This document shows positions 58,793 to 64,000 of a stretch of 64,000 nucleotides of DNA, one piece after another. Each line of letters opens with the position of its first letter. The stretch's first letter is position 1. The notes below the pieces were generated by a model. The model saw only the letters and a program-made list of their open reading frames with translations, did not search any database and had not been told where the DNA came from. Source of the DNA: Paraphysomonas bandaiensis (taxonomy: Eukaryota; Protista; Chrysophyceae); NCBI GenBank assembly GCA_965644295.1, contig CBFFRP010000668.1, positions 62,001 through 126,000 of the forward strand, written 5' to 3'. A program made the position numbers and the translations under genes.

Positions 58793-59353
58793 ATTTAGAG
58801 TACTTGAACGATCAAAGAAAAAAATCAACAACAGCAGTAACTTCGAGTTTTAATGAGGTGTAAATTATGCAACAGTGCTGGGGCTAGCTTGGTGCATATA
58901 TATGATGTTGCTGAGGGTGTGTTATGGTATGTATATTCACTATGCATACACTGCACTGCGCTGTATACATATGTATATCTATCACAGCGAGAAAAATACA
59001 ATCTCTATTATACCACAACCATATCTTGAACAAACACCGTTCTAAAAACTGAAAATTGATACATAGAGTTTTCATCGTTACGACTGGAATGATACAAATA
59101 GATTATTGTGAAGTCGAAGTGAGACAATGAGCAGGATTCATTCGGCCTGTTCCTTACTATGAATTGATAGGTGTGTGTATGAGGGTACGCGGATCCTCTC
59201 TGGTGTATGCATGCAGGTGCGATGTCCTCACTGTATACGAGCCTGAGTATTTATTTAATGGTCGATTGCAATTGCAGCCCCTCCAGTAGATCAACTAAAT
59301 AACGATACGATTATCCCTGAAGCACCTCTGTAACTCTACTGTTATTACTCATC

Positions 59354-62234
59354 ATGCCACTATCTAAGCGGCATATATTCGATCCTCATCTATATGCGCC
59401 CCCGGATTTATATGAGGAGTCCAGTAAAGAGGACCTTCTCCAGGATGTGTCCATGTCAGGGACGCTCGGAGCTATCCACCAAATAAAGTTTTTATCGCTG
59501 TATAGTATCGAAGTGAGTACATATATACGCATACATACACACACATATATGTATCTGTTATGGTATTATAATCTTACCTGTACAGGTTCTTGATAATCTC
59601 ATAAGACTCTCTGAAGACGTCAGTGATCGTATTCAGACGGCTGCAGTTCGCACACAGATTTTATGGTCTAAAATTGGGCCTGTCGAAAGAAAAGTTCGTT
59701 CCACAGATATTACGACTATCCCGAAAAAGCGGAAAGCAGTACAGAAATTTAAATCACGAAATGCATACATCCCTTCTACACTAACGAAAAACACAAATTC
59801 TGTCCAGATTCTGAGTCAATATGGATTCTGTAACATACCTCCGCAGCTGTGGAAGATGGAAACTGTCATTGATGATTGTGTCGCGAGATACTCACACCCT
59901 GGTATTTTGGTGTGCATCTGTGTCAGTCGATCTCACACTGCTGGGCAGGTTTTTTCTTCGAGGAGTGGCTCAAAGTGGAGCTTCTGAGGCAGCAAGAGTA
60001 TAAGAGAGAAAAGCGAAAAGCTAAAGAAGAAAGGAAGAAGAAACGACGCAAGCGGCGCGAAGAAGAAGGCGAGGTATTACCGACTTGTGTGTAGTATGCT
60101 CGAATTTGGCTTACATTCACTAGAGTGCTGAAATGAGTGCACGGGACCGCGCCAAGGCCCATGGTCGACAGTTGAAGGAAGAAAAGCGCCAACAGAGAGA
60201 GCAGGCTGCCAGAGAGGCGGAAGAGAACAGGAAACGAGCAGGTACGTAGCAGTACCGTGCCCTTTTTCATTTCCTAATATATATATTTGCAGCGGCTGCT
60301 TCTCGCTCTTTCATGACCGTGGACTCTCGCTCGATGGATACTATCAATACTATGCCAGCTCATGATTCTAAACCTCCCGCTGTATTGCAATCACACGAAG
60401 AGAAAATAAGTGAAGTTAAGCATACGTTGACCGAAAATTTTGGGGTTGCAGAAAACACCCGGACTTCCTCCCCTCCACTCTATTCTCAACCTCCCGATGT
60501 TGATGGCGACCATGGTAATGCGGCTACACTTGATGAATTACCACCTCTCCCTGATGAGAGACTTTCTCCACCACCTGACGGTATCGAGGAATATTCAAGT
60601 CCCCCACCACTGTCACCCTCTCCGCCGCCATCTCCCCCTGCGAATGATGATGATGTTGAGCTGCTACCCCCTCCGCCAGATGATGATGAGATCGAACCAC
60701 CACCTCCGGATGACGACTGGAATGAACCCCCTCCACCTGATGACGATTTACCACCACCACCCGTAGAGGGTAATATAAATTATTCTGCATCCGTACCTGT
60801 AGATGATTCTGATGCGCCCTGTAGATGATTCTGATGAGCCCCCACCCCCCGACGACGACGATGAGCCCCCACCCCCAGACGACGATGACGAGCCTCCTCC
60901 CCCCGACACGTTACAAGATCCAACTCCTAAGCCCGTCACGGTATGATTTTCTCTTCATGCATATGTTGTTGTAATATTAGTTATTTAGTCTATTCCGGCT
61001 GCAATTTCTCCGCCACAACCTGGTGCTGCCCCTGTTGTAAAAACAGCGCCCAAGGTTAGAAGGAAAAGCCTGTTGGACCTTAAGGCGGATAGAGAGGCAT
61101 TATCTGCAGCAGCCGTTGAAAATTTAAAGCACCTGAATGTAGTTTCTACAGCTGATGATGATATTGATCCCGAGGTGCTTGCGGATAGTGACATTGCTAA
61201 GAGCATTCGTGCTTTCTCCGAAGCAGGGTCCGGAAGTAGACGGCAATCAATGTCAGGGGTACCTAGTCCCTCATCTTCCCCAAGACTGTCTCTTTTGAGT
61301 ACGCACTCTATGCGTAGAAGCTCTGTTGGAGCTCCGCCTACATTAGTTTCAGATGGTCAATGGTCGCATCAGGTCCCTCGACGGCCCTCAATCCCATTCA
61401 ACCGTACTGACAGAGATAGCGAAGGGAGTAGGAGCACATTGCGACCATTCACAGGTGGGAGTTATTACTGAGTGTTTTTTTTCTTAAATTCTAACACAGC
61501 CTCTAATGACCCTGGTACAACTCGTCCCACTACGAGTGAGGTAGCAGAGCAGACATATGACCAAAGCCAGTATTGGGATGTGCAAGAAGAGCAGGATCAG
61601 CACTACGGATATGATGGTTATGATGGTCAGATGGAGTACCACGATAGGTGACTTGGTTGTGACAAATTGTTAACTACAACTCACTACGATGCAGTAACTA
61701 CAACTATGATACTGGGGAGTATAATTACGAGCGTCAACATCAGTACGACGTCGACCAAGACGCCGGAAACTACGGCGCCTATGAGGATGAACTTCCGGAT
61801 GATTCCCCCCAATTGTTGCAGCAGTCATCATTGTCTGTATACGGGGGAGATTTAAACATTCTTGGTACATATGTACTCATTTCTCGCGGTATACAGTAAC
61901 ATGAATTTCTAGGTCAAATACGTACTGGAAAAGTATTGCGCAAAGCCCCACCTCCTATTCCGAAACTTAAGAGTGCCCGCGAGTCGACATTGGACTTGAT
62001 TAAGGATGGGGCAGTCCAGTTACGTAAAACGGAACCTATATCGAAGAAAAATTCAACTGAACAGGTATCCGTTATTTATGTGCGTTGTACTCTCGTCACG
62101 GCTTACATATGAAATGCCTTCAGCGCCATGAAGCCATTGCAGCAATTTTGTCGAATAGAGCACAAATTGCTGGGAGTGATTCAGACAGTGATTCAGATGA
62201 CTCAGACAGTGATTTTTCAGATGATTTCTTTTAA
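59354..62234 (+). CDS. SCAR/WAVE-family actin nucleation-promoting factor (WHD, basic, proline-rich, WH2-C-A), multi-exon
   Basis: MPLSKR start; LQDVSMSGTLGAIHQI; YSHPG/FFFEEW; basic KRRKRR tract; polyproline; WH2 RESTLDLIKDGAVQLRKTE; C-A region IAAILSNRAQIAGSDSDSD...FSDDFF*. Confidence 0.87.
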
Positions 62235-63088
62235 ACTATAGTAGTGATAATTAGTGGTGCTCAAGATAGTGCATATGAAAATGTAATAATCAGCGTAAAT
62301 CGTGGAAACTACATTGTAGTGTACTTTGTGGCGTTGTAGTAGATGTTCAAGCAAGGATTTCATCAGAGCTGAATGTTGTTGTTCTAATCTTACTATCGAT
62401 GAAAAGATGCACTAGATAGGATATAATACAGAGTGGACAATGAGTGTACACAGAATAAGATATAAATTAGATAGTACACTGTGTTCACTTGAGTACAGAT
62501 GAAGTTCATGATGTCTTGGGAGTAGAAATTCTCATCACTTCTCGTTTGTAACCATTGAAGAATATATTAACTTCGAACAGGTGCATCTGTACACTGTGTT
62601 GTGTGCATCGCACGAACATACCACATGCCATAATTCTGTAGACAACATCTGATATGCAGTGTGTTGCATAGCATGCTCTGCGACTATCCTGTCATGTGAT
62701 GTCTACTCTCAGAGGTGTCAAGCACTGCACTTTTCCCTTCCCATAGAGTGCACAGATATTGGGGAAAACAAGCTTCCAGTGTACATATATCGCGATATAC
62801 CGCGAGTGTGCTGTACTCGGACGGTACGTACAGTGTAGTATATGAAATTCGTCGGAGCTTGGAGTGTCTGCGTATCATGCAGGCTTGATGTTGTTCTGTT
62901 GTTCAGAGTTCAGTGCAGAACTGTGGATGCATAAGCACACATATATGCATCAACTCTGACGGAGTATGCTAAGGAGTAGTTTTACGAGCCCAAGATATGC
63001 CAGTGTTCTGTATGTTGTTTGCTCCTGCAGTGGGGCTCTGTTCATATCGTATGTGTTGCCCCGCTTAGTGTCTTATTGCAGTACACAT

Positions 63089-63926
63089 ATGAGCACAATC
63101 AAACCCGCTCACCGCAAGACAATCATTAATATGTTAAATGATGACTATGATAATGTTAGTGTTAGTTGTTTAGAGGAAGTTATTATGAATGATCCTGAGG
63201 GGTTGAAAGCCACTGACAAGAAAGGCAGACTTCCTCTGCACATCGCTGTGAGCAAGCAGACAGTTCGGCTGGATATAGGTAATATTATTAATATAATAGC
63301 ACTCTTAAATTTAAGTAATATTTCCAGTACGACTGCTGCTGCAGTATTTCGAAGATGCTGCATCCGTCAGTGACCGTTTCTGGGGAGCATTACCTCTTCA
63401 TTATTGTGTTCATCGCGACCCAGATACAACAGCTGGACTGAGAGAGCTCGTTCGATTGATAGTGGATGCATTCCCAGAAGGTGTCATGTGTCGAGATGGT
63501 GCTGGTTTTCTTCCAATTCACCGTGCTGGTACGTTTATGGTTTTGTGTTCTTCCTGGACATAACTTCTGTGAACAGCGAATCGACGACATCTGGATTCTG
63601 ATGTTATCCGTATTCTTTTGGAATGTGATGCAGCTGTTGCCGTAGTTCCAACTACAAATGGGAATTTGGCGCTACACTGGGCAGTATCGCATCCTACACC
63701 AAGAGACAAGCGCGATTTAGAATCTATACTTCTTATATTCAATGCGTACCCTCCCGCTCTGTATACTAGAAACTGTGATAACAAAACCGCGTTGGATGTT
63801 CTAATAACGCTCGCTAGTGATGAAACCATGGAGGGAGTATTTGAGTTTGATGGAAAGCACAGGGCAGTATGTGCCCGTGATATTGTTGATGTACTGTTAC
63901 GTTGTTCGAGCGATACGGAGCAATAG
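63089..63926 (+). CDS. Ankyrin-repeat-like protein, 3 exons
   Basis: Repeated G.LPLH motifs: GRLPLHIAV, GALPLHY, GFLPIHRA, GNLALHWAV, NKTALD. Confidence 0.85.
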
Positions 63927-64000
63927 TTACCAGTACCCATGAACTTATTTTGCATTATCCAATGACTAAACTGTATATAAACTATAATGACTCTGTATAT

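Overview
Eukaryotic nuclear DNA with compact genes and short (about 40-65 nt) GT-AG introns. It is most likely from a flagellated, phagotrophic stramenopile such as a chrysophyte; this is inferred from gene content and transposon types. Host genes: NADH-cytochrome b5 reductase, an SCLT1/CEP89-like coiled-coil protein, NCAPG2, a repeat-domain membrane protein, RFC5, a 3xRRM protein, a tandem-domain dCTP pyrophosphatase-like protein, ERGIC3, a putative DNA-binding protein disrupted by a retrotransposon, ASNSD1, REXO4, a 75-aa 2-TM microprotein, SCAR/WAVE and an ankyrin-like protein. Roughly 40% of the window is mobile DNA: three hAT families with 8-bp TSDs, 5'-truncated LINE fragments with 13-bp TSDs, an intact chromovirus (Gypsy) with identical LTRs sitting in a host exon, and a 10.2-kb composite of two Copia elements flanked by a 519-bp host duplication. 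Three observations stand out. (1) A non-coding SINE/SIDE-like family has a head that folds into an HDV-like (R2-type) ribozyme and a tail shared with the LINE. (2) The Copia composite joins a circularly permuted one-LTR element to an end-truncated element. (3) The chromovirus lacks a tRNA PBS and has a Tf1-like self-priming fold. All alignments and folds were done by eye; no searches were run.
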